From Carcharhinus longimanus (taxonomy: Eukaryota), in assembly GCA_030264375.1 (NCBI GenBank), contig JASCQW010000119.1:31586991-31650990 (forward strand): 64,000 nucleotides of DNA. Direction: 5' to 3'. Below, piece by piece: positions 37,301-50,692 of the stretch. A program made the translations under genes and the position numbers. How positions within the stretch are numbered: the stretch's first letter is position 1; each line of letters opens with the position of its first letter. The notes below the pieces were generated by a model, which worked only from the letters and a program-made list of their open reading frames with translations, searched no databases and was not told where the DNA came from.

Positions 37301-40300
37301 TCGAAGGCTTGACTTTGATTGTAAAATATTACTTCTCAGGAAATCAGGATTTTATATTTACATTAAACTTAAAAGCTGATTAAAAAAGAAACTTGGATAT
37401 TTATTATATTTGTTTACACCTTACATATAGCTATGCTGCTCTATATTAGATTTAAATAAAAATGAACACTTATCACCATGCACAGCACAAGTGTAAAACA
37501 ACAAAAAGTGGCCAACTGAATTTTATTCTGAACTGCCAAAAAACAGGCAACACTTCCAACTCCCCAACATATGAGGTTCAGGTTAACCTTTTACAAAGCT
37601 TCTGCAACAATAGTGCTGTAGTGATCATTATTCTGCCTGTGGAAGATATCAGTTTCAACATCATGATAAACAAATGTAGCACTTCCTTGATCAATGAATC
37701 ATACTGAAAAAAGTCTATAACTTTAGTTAGTATTAGCCCAGGGTAAGGGGGAAATGAGAAGGACAAGAAATTATGACTTATATGCACTGACAGTTTCTTT
37801 CTTTCCCCTAAACTATAGTTTAAGTATTGATATCATTCAGTAAAAACACACTAGCTCTCAAAGTCCTGTTGCCCTTTTTATATACCCTGCTTTAAAATTA
37901 AGCTATTAGAAAATAAGTGCTCCAAAACTTCCTCCATACATATGAAAAAGAGGATATTTGGTAAGGTTTGCCATTTAAAAAAGGAAATTGAAAAGTTATA
38001 CCACCTTAGGAACAAAAGGTTTTACCAGTTTTTAGCTACACATGACTGAACCCACAAGATAAAGACTTGTTTTTCACTTCCTGGTATATTTTCTCACTAT
38101 ACAGTTATGATCATTTAAGATCCTTACAGCTGCTCAGATCCAATAACTTCTGTGTAATATTCATTACTGAAGTTTTTGATTATTTGTCAATGAGATTTTA
38201 AATTGACATGATTCTCCTGAATAACTGGTATGCAACAAAGGGTGCAGATCAGAAACTGACGTTCATATATTGCAAAACTTTATGTAAGCATTAAGCAGCC
38301 AAAGGTCCTTTTAACAGCACCAAACAACTTTTTTTGGTCTATGGAATCAGTATGATTTTTCCTAACTTTAAACACCAAATAATTTGATCTGGTCCACCAG
38401 CTTATACCAGTTTTGTCTACAGCTTGGTCTAATGCATTAAATTTGATAATATAACCACCAAATGGCCTTCCATTCTGAACTATTTCATAGGTCTTTCATC
38501 TCTACTGCATGTGTATAGTCAGCAATCAAGTACAGTATTGAAATCTAGACCCACTATTTCTAAAACAAACATTTCAATTAAACACATCAAATAAGCCAAT
38601 TTCAAAAAGTACACAAAAGTCAACCTTGAGACATTTTTAAAAACATTCAGTCCCTGAAGGAGAGCCAGCTAGCTGCCACTGACCTTTGTTAAAAAAACTA
38701 GAAATTCCAATCAAGGTTGCAGAGACGAAGGCAAAAAAACTAACTTCTCTGGAAGTTTTCTCATCTCTCAATTCAGGTAAGCTTGATCGAGTACTTTATT
38801 CTTTTCCTGTGCACATTTGTCCAGCAGCCCTGGTTTCAATCAGTCAATTAGTAACTAATTATTAGCCCAATCCACAATATAGTCCCTAGGTTTAGCATGA
38901 AAGGTATTCTGAGACAACCTGTTAGAACTGTACTTGGTGTTTTCTTTTAAAAGATGTCTCCTTTGAAAATTTGAACACTTCTGTCTAATTCATTATTTGA
39001 ATAGAAATAAGTCCAAATTGCAATTCAACAGGGGTATTCTATTTAAACACATCACATGAATGAAGTTACATTCACAAGCTGAACGTAAACTCAAGTGAAA
39101 AAAAGTTATTTTCCGTAGTTTAAGATTCAAATCAGGAGTTTCTATTCTTACAAAAAAAAGGAATCAAGAATGCATCAACAAAAGAAATATGGAGAGACTG
39201 CTTTTTTTTCCGCAACATACAAGTCTTTTGCAACACCCAAGTATTTGGCAATAAGTTACATTCATTAGTCCTTGGTAGAAAATAGTATAAAATACCTCTT
39301 ATACGTTTTCATTCACTTAGTTTGAAAAAATTACAGTATAGTTCAAAAGGGACTTTCAGCACACATGTCTAAACATGGCGTGAAGGCATTCAAGCCATTG
39401 TCATGTATTGTGCTTGATACCTTTTCTCCTAACACAACCCCCAACCATACCGTCATGGTATTAGTCAGCAAGTCACTGCCTGCTCCAAGCAGATAAAAAC
39501 TCTGAATAACCTTCGATTTTCAATCTAATTCTTAGGTACTATTCAACAGATACTTTAAAAAAAAGCACCAGCCACTTAAAAGTTCCTTTTTAAAAAAAGG
39601 AGATCTTCACAAGATAAGTAGGCGACCAACAGTCAACACAACCCTAGACCATGTGATCCGGGAGTTGCTGATTAGAATAAAAAAGGAATTTGTGTTTAAG
39701 GGCGACAATCTCAATAGAAATTCTCCTCAAAAATAAACTTCGACGTTATTCTGATTTATTTCATCCAATAAACATCTTGATTGCTCACCCCTCCCCAAAG
39801 AAAGAAGGGGGAAATAACTTACAGAAATGGTCATCATACGATATATGGAAGCAATTAATAAATGGAACGTCCGCTAAATTCGCCCTCAGAAAATAATAAA
39901 AGAGGAAATCTATAATTAAAAGTTGTTCGTTAGTGGCTGATGTATCGATCGCCACATACACAATCTGCACCGCTCAGAATACATCGCCCACTGAGGGACA
40001 CAAAACGCAACCCAAACGAAACAAAAAGCAACTGACAGCGATCAATGAACTTTCAGAATGAGTAGCCAGCCTTCCTCAGACCCTCCAATTCCTCTCCTTC
40101 CCNNNNNNNNNNNNNNNNNNNNNNNNNNNNNNNNNNNNNNNNNNNNNNNNNNNNNNNNNNNNNNNNNNNNNNNNNNNNNNNNNNNNNNNNNNNNNNNNNN
40201 NNNNNNNNNNNNNNNNNNNNNNNNNNNNNNNNNNNNNTCTCTATTCGCCAAAGTTCAATTTGTTTTCTTTATATATATTTTTTATGTATATTGTATATAA

Positions 40301-40655
40301 AAGGGGTAGAAGGGAGGGTATAATCTCAGATCATATTCTTTTTGGTATCTGAGCCCAAGCTCCCGTTGACTTTTTGCTGTTGTTGTTGCTCTGTTCAGAG
40401 CTTGTTATATTGATGCTGTTTGCATTCAGTAAGGACGAGCTTTCTAACAAGAGCGCCTCACGACAAAACGAGAGAGAGAGAGAAAACACACACACACAAA
40501 AAGCCGCACTTTAATAGACGCCCAAACCAAGTTGTTAAAATAAATCCATGTGTCCTGTTAAAAGTGCAAACACACTGGACAAACGCACAAGAGACCCCCA
40601 CTTCCCTTCCTGTGACTGACCTGTCCCTCTGTGTGTCGATAATGTTAGTGCTCAC

Positions 40656-40940
40656 CCTCCTCCTCCTCCCTCTATTTCTAACCCTATCTGCTTATTGACT
40701 GACTCCGCTGCGCTGCCCTCCTACCTGGCGCTGCCTGTGCTCTATAGGTGCAGCTTCCGTCTACTTGCCGGCTTATATTCCCCGATAATGCTCCAGCACT
40801 GGCGCTGCTCTCCTCCCTCCCTCCTTTATTTGGCATCACGTGTCCTTCGCTGCGCGTGTACGCGCATCGAGGATGGGGACGGGTGCACGCTCCCTCTGCG
40901 CGTGGTCGACAATCCATAGGCGCGTGCCCGTGAGCTCCCT
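40656..40940 (-). promoter_or_regulatory. ZNF217: CpG-rich putative ZNF217 promoter and non-coding first exon
   Basis: The clearest CpG cluster in a CpG-depleted window. It holds an E-box CACGTG (~40837), GCGC/NRF1-like motifs (~40850-40868), an ETS-like CGGAAG on the minus strand (~40754) and TATA-like TATAAG (~40777) and TATAGA (~40746) on the minus strand. A good minus-strand donor GAGG|GTGAGC lies at 40656/40655. The link to ZNF217 is inferred from orientation and position. Confidence 0.65.
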
Positions 40941-41103
40941 TCTCTCTCTGTTTCTCTATCTCTTGTCACACTCTCCCATGACACAAGACAAATGTCCTGT
41001 TGCCAGTCGCACCTAGAGAGAAAGAGAGATCACTGACTTTTCTTCCCTCTTATCTCTTTATTTTCATTCTTTTTTTTCTCTTTTAGTGTTATTTTGTTTG
41101 CGT

Positions 41104-41367
41104 TCACAAAGTGGCCTTATGTTAACACCGCAATGAAGTTACTGTGAAAATCCCCTAGTTGCTGGTGCCTGGTTGGGCACACTGAAACAGAATTTTAACA
41201 CAGGTCTTTTGGACTTGTGGGAGGAAACTCAAGCACCTGGAGGAAACCCACACAGACACGGGGAGAACGCACAGGTTCTGCACAGACAGTGATCCGAGCC
41301 AGGAATCGAACCCAGGTCCCTGGCCCTGTGAAGCAGCAGTGCTAACCACTGTGCCACTGTGCCGCCC
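41104..41367 (-). mobile_element. tRNA-derived V-SINE, tail type 2
   Basis: Minus strand GGGCGGCACAGTGGCACAGTGGTTAGCACTGCTGC..GGGTTCGATTCC (A and B boxes), V-domain, and tail ctaggggattttcacagtaacttcattgcggtgttaac. Confidence 0.9.
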
Positions 41368-42144
41368 TTCTCTTCACCAGGGCTTGTTTTTTGAAACTTT
41401 GCCCCCTCCAAAGCAGATGGACAAAGGGCAGGATTGCTGAACTATTTAGTGGCATTAACACTGATTTTATCTTTTAAGCCAGTGTTCTTTTGAAACCTGT
41501 GTTTGGTGCTAAAGTTTTATTTTAAATTGAATTCACTTTCCTGTCTGCAGATTTCAGGTTTTTCTATTCCATTTCCCCCAATTCCAAAATTTGCCTCTTC
41601 CCCGCAATCATTTTTGGATGTGAGCAATATCTTTTGTTCCTGATTGCTTACTCTAAAGATTCTTGTGCAGCTGCCTCCGCCTCCCTATGAATCATAACAG
41701 TACAGGTGATATCCAGCAGATATATGGAAATTATTGCCAAAGCAAGTGGAAGGTGTAAAGCACATTAGCTTGTATTCAACGTGCACTTGCATTACAATAA
41801 TGACAATAAATCTTGGAGTAACGTGAACATTGTTCCACCCACACATGAATGCACAATGGATGCAAATGTTTAAGCTGCAAACTGATAAAGTCATCATCAG
41901 ACTATTTTGTATTTTGTTTATACACAAATGTGATGGGTGACCATTCAACTCAACTATTTCATTGTCTCACAGAATTCTATAATTCCCTCCTTGAGGCAAA
42001 TGACTGTTCAAGCCACATATAAAAATAAATGTTTGCCATCCCACCACAGATTGTTGGTTATAATATTGATGAGACATGTTACAATAAGTGTCACAGTGAG
42101 CTAGACCAAACACAATTATTCTGGCTGATTCCTTGGTCCCAATT

Positions 42145-42310
42145 ACATAAAATGTGCAGCTCAAAAACAGGCCATTCAGCCCAGTAGTTCCACATATGTA
42201 TTTATGCTTCACGTTGGCCTCTTCCCAACTTTGATTTAATGTCAACTTAACCTTCTAATCCTTTCTCCCACATGTGTTTATCTAGCTTCCTTTTGAATGC
42301 ATGTATTAAC
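42145..42310 (-). mobile_element. CR1 3' terminal fragment
   Basis: aaacaggccattcagccc..tttatctagcttccttttgaatgcat. Confidence 0.55.
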
Positions 42311-42827
42311 TGTTTAATGTAATTTTAAATAAAACATATTCAATGCTTCGGGTATATAACATAATAAATAAATGTCCTTCCCTCCAAGCCAGTGGGTTTA
42401 GTTTAGTGAGCAATTGAACCGATACAGATTTTTTTCTTTGTTCATGTTGAATTGGAATATTTCATCTGGAGAGGTGTTAAAATTAGTTTCAGTGCTCCTG
42501 CATTAGGAAAGGAAAGATCATGAGAGTTCAAAGCATTGATTCCAATTTCAACCTGAGAAGAGAAACCTCACAAATTCAGGGAAATGCAAATATGAGTTAT
42601 TAAACTTGGTTGTGTTGATTCTGCAGTTGATTTGCCTAATGTCACTCACTTGGTTGACGTACTTAAGAATAATTTTCAACAGAACCTTATTGTATAATAG
42701 CCTTGAAATAGTTTGCATCTATTTACTTTACACTTCTAAGGACAATTTTGAAAATAAGTTTTATTTTCCAATAAAAATGCCACTAAGCAGTTTGAGATTA
42801 AGACTGTGGGCATTAGCAGTCTATTGT

Positions 42828-42972
42828 TAGAATCATAAAACCCATGGCACGGAGACAGGCCCTTCAGCCCAAACTGGTCCATGCCAACCAAAATGCCCAT
42901 CTAAGCTAACCCCATCTGCCTGCATTTGGCCCAAATCCCTTTAAATCATTCCTATTCACGTATCTGTCCAAA
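42828..42972 (-). mobile_element. CR1 3' terminal fragment
   Basis: Reverse complement of the 3' end seen at 63500-63645 (acaggcccttcagcccaa..cctgcatttggcccaaatccct..tatctgtccaaa). Confidence 0.8.
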
Positions 42973-43584
42973 ACAGAACAAAATCTGTTATGTTAGATGG
43001 AGTTTAACAGTTTATGATACCTTATAAGAGGTTCTATTGTCTTACTAGATATTTTCTTCCACAGTATTTGCTAATTTAAAACTGAATACTAATGATTGTA
43101 TATTAAGAGAATATGAATTACCTCAGGATGTATTATATCATATACTCATGTCTGCTTGTATCATGAGTGTAACTGAAGTACCTTATATTATCATCTAAAC
43201 ACCAGAGTGTGTTACATCTGTCACACATTCATCCAGATCTTAATACTCATAATAATCTTTTAACTGTGTTTTCTAATGAGTGTACGAATTTGAATGTTGC
43301 TGTTGGAACACCAAGGTGCACAATTCCATATTTAATACAACAGGAACCGTGTTCAGTATTGGGAATAAAGTTTTCTTTTCTTCTTGCAAGTTGCAATCAC
43401 ACATTGCATAATATCCAATTTTTAGAAGCACCAGGAAAAAAGAGTTTCAAGTTGATATTTGGAAAAGGAGTGTGTGGGTGGACTTTCACATATAATGTAA
43501 AATGCACTTTCTGATTGAAGGCAGCCCCTAGCAGTTTGAAGCAATGTGACAATTATATGTTGGAAAGCTGATTAACTCTATGGA

Positions 43585-44503
43585 GCGGAGAAGCTACGAC
43601 ATCTTCTCCAGAGCCTTCAACATGTCATTGATGAAGAAGAACATCTTGTCAAGGCCATCCCCACACTTCCACTACATGCCTTCAAGCAACTGCGCAACCT
43701 CAAACAGACCATTGTACACAGCAAACCACCCAGCCTTCAGGAGAACAGTGACCACGAACCACACAACCAAGTCACAGCAACCTCTGCAAGACATGCCGGA
43801 CCATCGACATGGATGCCATTACCTCACCATCCACCAGGTACACGATACATACTTTGGTGACTCAGCCAACATTGTCCACCTGATACACTGCAGAAAAGGA
43901 TGTCCCAAGGTATGATAATTGGTGAGATATGCAGACGCTATGACAATAGATGAATGGACGCAGCTCGACAATCACCAGGCAGGAGTGTTCCCTTCCTGTC
44001 AGGGAACACGTCAGTGGTCACGAGCATTCAGCCTCTGAATTCGGGTAAACGTTCTCCAAGGCGGCCTTCGCGACACACGACAGCACAGGGTCGCTGAGCA
44101 GAAACTGGTAGCCAAGTTCTGCACACATGAGGACAGCCTTAACCGGGATCTTGGGTTCATGTCACACTATCTGTCACTCCCTTGACTTGCCTGGGCTTGC
44201 AAAATCCCACTAACTGTCCTGGCTGGAGACAATTCACACCTCTTTAATCTCTGCTTAACCCTCTCTCCACTCACATTGTCTGCATCTACAAAAACTTGAT
44301 TACCTGTTAAGGCTCACATTCCAACCATAATCTTGTAATTGAGTTTGTGTCTATATATGCCCTGTTTGTGAACTGAACTCTTCACTCACTTAATGAAGGG
44401 ACAATGCTCCAAAAGCTTATGCTACCAAATAAACCTGTTGGACTCAACCTGGTGTTGTGAGACTACATACCTATCCCATTCCAACATCTGCAGCTCCACA
44501 TCA
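43585..44503 (+). mobile_element. 5'-truncated Penelope-like retroelement (GIY-YIG endonuclease relic plus 3' terminal repeat), 12-bp TSD
   Basis: Broken reading frames give CKTC..DSANIVHLIHCRKGCPK..IGE..SLPVREHVSGHEHS..VLQGGLRDTRQHRVAEQKLVAKFCTHEDSLNRDLGFMSHY, the Penelope GIY-YIG layout. A decayed hammerhead lies at ~44387-44421. Direct repeat taactctatgga at 43573-43584 and 44504-44515. Confidence 0.9.
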
Positions 44504-46189
44504 TAACTCTATGGATGCATGTTTCCTGCAAAATATGACCAATCACGTCTTGTTGCCCGAGTTAAATTTTTTTGTTGCTACGACCTCTTCCCTGGCATTG
44601 CAAGCCACTGTCACTATGACCACCAATCAGAAATACAGAGCACATCTACCAAATTGTGCTTATAAAGTAGGGTTGGTATCCTCTTCATGCCACGGGTATA
44701 AATTTGTGAGGTTTTGTCTTCTCGAATCAATGCTCAGTGCCTTCCTTTGGAATATTAGGTAGGTTGAAGAGGGCATCAAGATCAGAAAGAGTTTGCCTGA
44801 TAAGGCAAGTGCCCTTTTCTCATTCAATGGCTTCTTCTGTTGGTTTACACTTTGCTGGTTACATAGCAAGAAGTGGGGGAGGGGAAAGATTATGGACCAT
44901 CAGGGTCATAATGTGTGACTGTCTCACATGACAAGAATTGAAGAGAGGGAATTTTCCCTGGGAATATATTATTTCCTCTCTGCACTTCATGTAGTAAACT
45001 TGAAACAAGTTCTTTGTAAATGAATTTATGGTTGCACTATACTTAGCATATAGAAGGAACCTTTACACTAACGTTACAATTTATAATGTAATATAATTAT
45101 TGTGATGTGCACAAAACATTTGAATGAAGCTTGTATTGATGTCCTTAGAATTTGTTGGTTTAAATTATATCCTATTATAACGATACTGTCTATATATCAG
45201 GGACGTGCCTTTAATAGGCTGAAGAAAAACATAAATGCTTCCACATCGACTTTTCTTGGCAAGACTTTACTGCATCTAGTTGGTGTGAAATTATTTTTTT
45301 CTGCAGCATCTGTAGTAGATGTAAACACATTGATGCACTACAGATGCTGTGTCTATAGTACACACATGTGTATGTTTATGGATTTGCAAGGCCAATTTCT
45401 GTCAGCCAGTTTAACTGTGACTTAAAGCAGGCCCTTATAAACTGGTTTTGAAGATCAGTACCAACAATCCATTTCATATATGCCAACAGACTGCATAAGG
45501 TTGTGCTATTGATTTTCCATTACAAAGGGAAAATAACGGAAATAAAAAGGGATTTTTGTTCTTCTTTAAATATATACATTTTCAGAAAACCATGGAAATG
45601 AGCACAAACACACACACTCACACACACAATCAACAAAGTGCACTTCTGTAATCTGTATTTTGTTCCACCTTTATAAAAAACATCTAACTAATTCCTTTGT
45701 ACAAGCATTTATGAGCATGATGTTTTACTTGCTGATAAAAGCCATATTACACCTTGTCATGATCACATTTAAAACTGCAATAATCCAATAATCTTTGCGG
45801 AATGAAAACATAAGTTAAACAGGTGTGAAGAGTTTTGAGTACAGGAAAGTCAGAAATTTCAGTAGAGGGCTTTAATCAATTATATTTTCCTTTTTAAGTA
45901 TCGCCAACACTTCCAAAAGTAAGTTTATATTACGGTGAAAAAGCAACATCCATTTACCATTCGAGGCCAGATTCACACAGGTATAATTAGAACCTAATCT
46001 TTTATATTTCCACTTTTGTTTAATCTTTCATGATTAAATGTACATTGTTTTGAATGATTAGAGAATAAAATGGCATTACAGCCCTCCATTTCAGATCACA
46101 TAGGTAATAACTGAGTTGCTCTTGTAAAAAGCCAGCATGGATACAATGGGGCGAAGGGCCTCCTTCTGTGCTGTAGCCATTTCATGATT

Positions 46190-46880
46190 CAAAGAACAAA
46201 GAATATTGCAGATACTGAAACAAAAATAGAAAATGCTGGAAATTCTCAGCAAGTCATGCAGCATTAGTGGAGAGAGTGAAACAGAAGGTCAATGACCTTT
46301 AGTTAGTACCATGTGTTGCCAGGGAAACAGAGAATTTGTTAATGGATTAACAAATGCTGGTCACCCAGCTACTAGCAATCAAAGTGGTGATCTGTCTGCC
46401 TTTCATTTAATTGCCATATCCCTGTGCTACATATTCTCCGCTATTCATCTTAAACCATTTTGTCCTCCTCTGGTTCCAAATTTTCTTTATCAGTTTGTTC
46501 CATTATCATTCCTTTTACTCTTGCACCAACATTTAGGCACAACTGCCTTCCACACTAACATATATCTTTTATCCCTGACCTTTTCCTCTGCTTCTTGATT
46601 TAGTTAAAAACAAAAGCCAAGTTCATCTCCAGTATCTTCCAGTTCTGATGAAAGGTTATCAACATAAATTGTTACAAAAGCAAAATACTTTGATACTGGA
46701 AACTTGAACTAAAAAAAGAACATGCTGGGAATACTCAGCAGGTCAGGCATCATCCATGAAGGGGGAAACAAAGTTAACGTTTCAGATTGGTAACCTTTCA
46801 TCAGAACACTGGAATGTTAGCTGTTTTGTTTTCTTGACAGATGTTGCCCGACCAGTTGAGTGTATCTGTTTTTATTTAAA
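46190..46880. mobile_element. Cluster of family A hammerhead-type element arms with a pyrimidine-rich internal segment
   Basis: Arms at ~46195-46300 and ~46675-46875. A decayed plus-strand motif agttctgatgaaaggttatcaac lies at ~46641, and an intact minus-strand motif at 46773-46807. Confidence 0.7.
46773..46807 (-). ncRNA. Minimal hammerhead ribozyme motif (family A), fully intact
   Basis: Minus strand reads GTT-CTGATGA-A-AGGTT-ACC-AATCT-GAA-ACGT-T-AAC. Stem I is GTT/AAC, stem II is AGGTT/AATCT (one G-U), stem III is the palindrome ACGT, and the predicted cleavage triplet is GUU. Confidence 0.7.
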
Positions 46881-47769
46881 AATACTGACCCTGGAAGGCT
46901 GTTTGGAGTCGTGCTCAACAAACTTGGAGTCCTTGTCTCTAGACGTAGAGCCGGTAAAATGTGGAGAGCCTTAGGCCTCACAATTCAGGTACAAGGGGCA
47001 CAAACCCTATGTACTGCCCCCTCACCCACATACCTCAGCTAACACAAAGAATCTGATGGCCCATTTCCTACGTCTGAATCTCTGTCGCTGTCACACGAAT
47101 TTCATTTTTTCTTCTCCGATCAATCTCCCCCCACAACTTGTTTTCCCTTAGCTATCCTCTCTAAATGTCAGTGAATCAAATTGTGATGCCGTCCATGCTG
47201 TCCACAGCCTCTTGGGTGTCTAGATTTTGATCATTAGCAAGCAATTCAACCAGGAAGAGCAACATAGTCACCTAATCACGTCCTTATCCAAACTCCACAA
47301 ATCTGCACATTCCGGCGTAGACTCATTGGACAACAACCAGAAGCAGGAACCATGGGCAATTTTATTTTTGCTTCTCTTTACTCAAATACTGAAATCTAAT
47401 CATCATTCCATACCATTAGCTTTATTAAAATTAGCTAACTCGACATGTTGTGAGATTCAACCAATTCCCTTCTAAATTTAACTCTCCTTAGTCACACATG
47501 AAAAAGTAAAAGATAATGAAGATATTAAAGATCAGCCTTATGTAATTGAGGCCTTTATCAGAATTCATTCACTGGATGGAAAATATTTTACCTGTACTTC
47601 AGAGAAAGCTCTCTGTATAATTTATTGAAATAATCTATTCGCACGGTTTGACTATAGCTAACGGAAACACAGCACTTTCCTATGTGTTTCTATTCTGTCC
47701 AAAATCAATGAGGAATGATAAGACATTTGCAGACCATTTCTTCTCCATGACTTGAGCACAAAAATCAAA

Positions 47770-48100
47770 GATGCCATCCCAGTGAAATGTACTAACTTCA
47801 CTGTCAGAGGATGAGATGAAAAAATAAGGCTTAATCTGCCTGTTCAAGTGGGTGTTAAACATCTTATGAACAGCATTACTTCGAAAAAGAACAGGGGAGA
47901 AATTCTTGGTGTCCTGGCCAATATTTATTCCTCAACCAACATGACAAAACCAGATTATGTGGTTATTATGACATTGCTAATTATGGGAGTTTACTGTACA
48001 CAAATTGATAGCTGTACTTCCTACTTTGCAAGAGTGACTACACTTCAAAAGCACTTCATTGGCTATGAAATATTTTAAAATGTCTGGTGGTTGTAAAAAA
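47770..48100 (+). mobile_element. DeuSINE (SacSINE1/AmnSINE1-like Deu domain)
   Basis: gaacaggggag..ggtgtcctggccaatatttattcctcaaccaacat..cagattatgtggttattatgacattgct..gtgactacacttcaaaagcacttcattggct matches the Deu-domain consensus as I recall it. Confidence 0.8.
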
Positions 48101-48911
48101 CAGTGACCAAAATTACTGGCAACTGGATAGCTCTTTCTAAGAAAAGGCTATTAAAGGCTTGTCCAAGAAAATGATAACAGCTCTTCACCAATACCAATCA
48201 GCCAAAAATCAAACAAGTTTGCTTGATGGTTGAAACTGTGAGAGACAGGCATTGGCAAAAACAATCATTAGCACAGATTTCATGTTTCAGAGATTTGGAC
48301 AACCTATAGCAGGCACCTCAAAGCCGTCTTTGCTGAATCATGCAAATATTTGACTTGTAACCAATTGAAACGGAGAAGGTTTACTCAGGAAGATAACAAA
48401 CACAACAAGACACTTTGTCAGGAGCATGCAGAGATGAGCTGAGGCATCAAAAAGAGTGCAAAAACCTCCAAGCACCTCATCTGCCTCACCCAGCAAACAC
48501 ATTCTGCTCATCCTGGAACAGAATCTGTGGATCACACATCGGATTGATCAGCCATGCCAGTATCCAACAAACTGGAGTAGAAGCAAGACATCCTTGATCC
48601 TGAGGGACTGCTTAAGGCATGAAGGTAACATTTTACACTCACTGAATAGCCTGGCCATGGAGACTTTAAAAATCCCATGTTCAAAACCCAGGATAGGGTT
48701 AGCTAGTTCCAATGTATTAATAGAGGTGCTCCATGTGGTCTTAGTGACTCCTGCTTTGTTCCATAACAACTGGAAGACAGAAATGAACAAGGCTGTAATG
48801 TTCCCCATGGAAAAATAGCCTGCAAACACTTGCTGATGAATAGAGACTGCTGGGGCGAGGTACCACAGAAAGTATTCTTTCTGATATGGCTCCTGCTCTG
48901 CTTAAGACCGC

Positions 48912-49491
48912 AGGAAACTACAAAGGGTTGTCAATATAGCCCAATCCATCACGCAAACCAACCTCCCATCCACTGACTCTGTCTACATTTCCCACTGCCT
49001 CAGAAAAGCAGCTAGCATAATCAAGGATACCTCGCACCCCGGATATACTCTCGTCCACCTTCTTCTTTTCGGAAAAAGATACAGAAGTCCGAGGCCACAT
49101 ACCAACCGACTCAAGAACAGCTCCTTCCCTGTTGCCATCAGACGTTTGAGGAAGAATGAGGGGAGATCTCATTGAGACGTATCAGATGATGAATGGGATG
49201 GCTAGGATAGAGGTGNNNNNNNNNNNNNNNNNNNNNNNNNNNNNNNNNNNNNNNNNNNNNNNNNNNNNNNNNNNNNNNNNNNNNNNNNNNNNNNNNNNNN
49301 NNNNNNNNNNNNNNNTGTACCTTGCATTATGTTGATTTTTCTCTATACCTTGGCTGTGACTGTAACACTACATTTTGCACTCTCTCCTTTCCTTCTCTAT
49401 GAATGGTATGCCTTGTCATGTAGTGTGCAAGAAACAACACTTTTCACTGTATGCTAATACATGTGACAATAATAAATCAAATCAAATCAAA
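48912..49491 (+). mobile_element. Rex1/Babar-like LINE 3' portion with a CR1 fragment and a gap inside
   Basis: KLQRVVNIAQSITQTNLPS..AASIIKDTSHPG..HTNRLKNSSFPVAIRRL; tail aataaatcaaatcaaatcaaa. CR1-type RMRGDLIETY at ~49150-49215. Confidence 0.8.
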
Positions 49492-50692
49492 AGGAGATTT
49501 ATACTAATGAAATGGCATCTCAGTAAGGGCTCATTTCTTCAGGACATGATGGGAAGAATGGAAATTTGGCAAGAGTAAAATAAGTTACAAAAGTACTATT
49601 GCATTAGCCTATATTAAGTAATTCTAAATGCTATTTCCAAAATGATACTTAACTTTGTTTAACTACATATATGACTTCATAACATTGCTGATACATGTAC
49701 AGTAATATCTGTTGGCATATCCACATATGTGTGGAAATTATTATAATGAGTTTTTTTAAAGCCATACTTGTCTAAATAGTGATGGTCATAGTTCTTTCTA
49801 TAACCATGTGCATTAAGACAACAGAGAAATGTTATTATGTTACTGATTGTGCCATGAGTTACAAGGGCTGATGCAATTCATTTTTGATAAATCTCCACTC
49901 CTGCTTCAATAGTTATTTTATATTTTGTTTTCCATCAATGTTACAGATATGTTTTGGAAAGTCTTTGGGACAAGGGCAAGTTTACATTACTCACCAGAGT
50001 AGAGAACAAAAATACTTCCATTTGATACTGGGATTGAAGTCACGATACAGCAAATTGCAGAACAAACTTAAATTATCCGTCCAGTGATTTTATGTAGCAC
50101 ACTAGTCACCCTTACCTATGTACAGCTCAGAATGAGCCCAAATATGAACTGTGTTGATGACATAACCTTTGCAGTCACACACAATGCAGCTCATTACCTA
50201 ATGCAATATGCATTTTAAATACAGTATTCATTTTCTCTGCCTCTTCAATGCTGTCTTAATGATTAACCCTTGCACTCATGCTGAATTTCAAATTGTTATC
50301 TCCAGAGCATGTCTTTAATGCATCTGTGCCAGTCTCACATAACTAAGATTGGGAATGCATTCTGCCGAATCAGATGTTTTTCTAAGTGCATGGAAAAAGC
50401 ATATCAGTAGCACGTATATTACAATGAATGCATCATGTCAATAATCCTGAACATTTTCTGAGATTTGGCAAACAGTGCTTAAGAACAGAGAAACAACAGT
50501 TGCACAATCAAATTGAAACATTTCAGCTGCTTACCTTTGGCCTATTTAATAAGTTTTCCAATAGCTGAAGCATTGTCAATATGCAACTTGAACATTCCAG
50601 AAAATGCTCAGAAAATCAGCACTCGTAGAGAAGACAGATGACATAACATTTCAGATGCGGACCTTCTATCAGAATGACACCACCTCTGTACC

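Noticed and set aside
43580-43915. 111-aa ORF as a functional endonuclease gene
   Set aside because: It is a frameshifted, 5'-truncated Penelope relic with stops.
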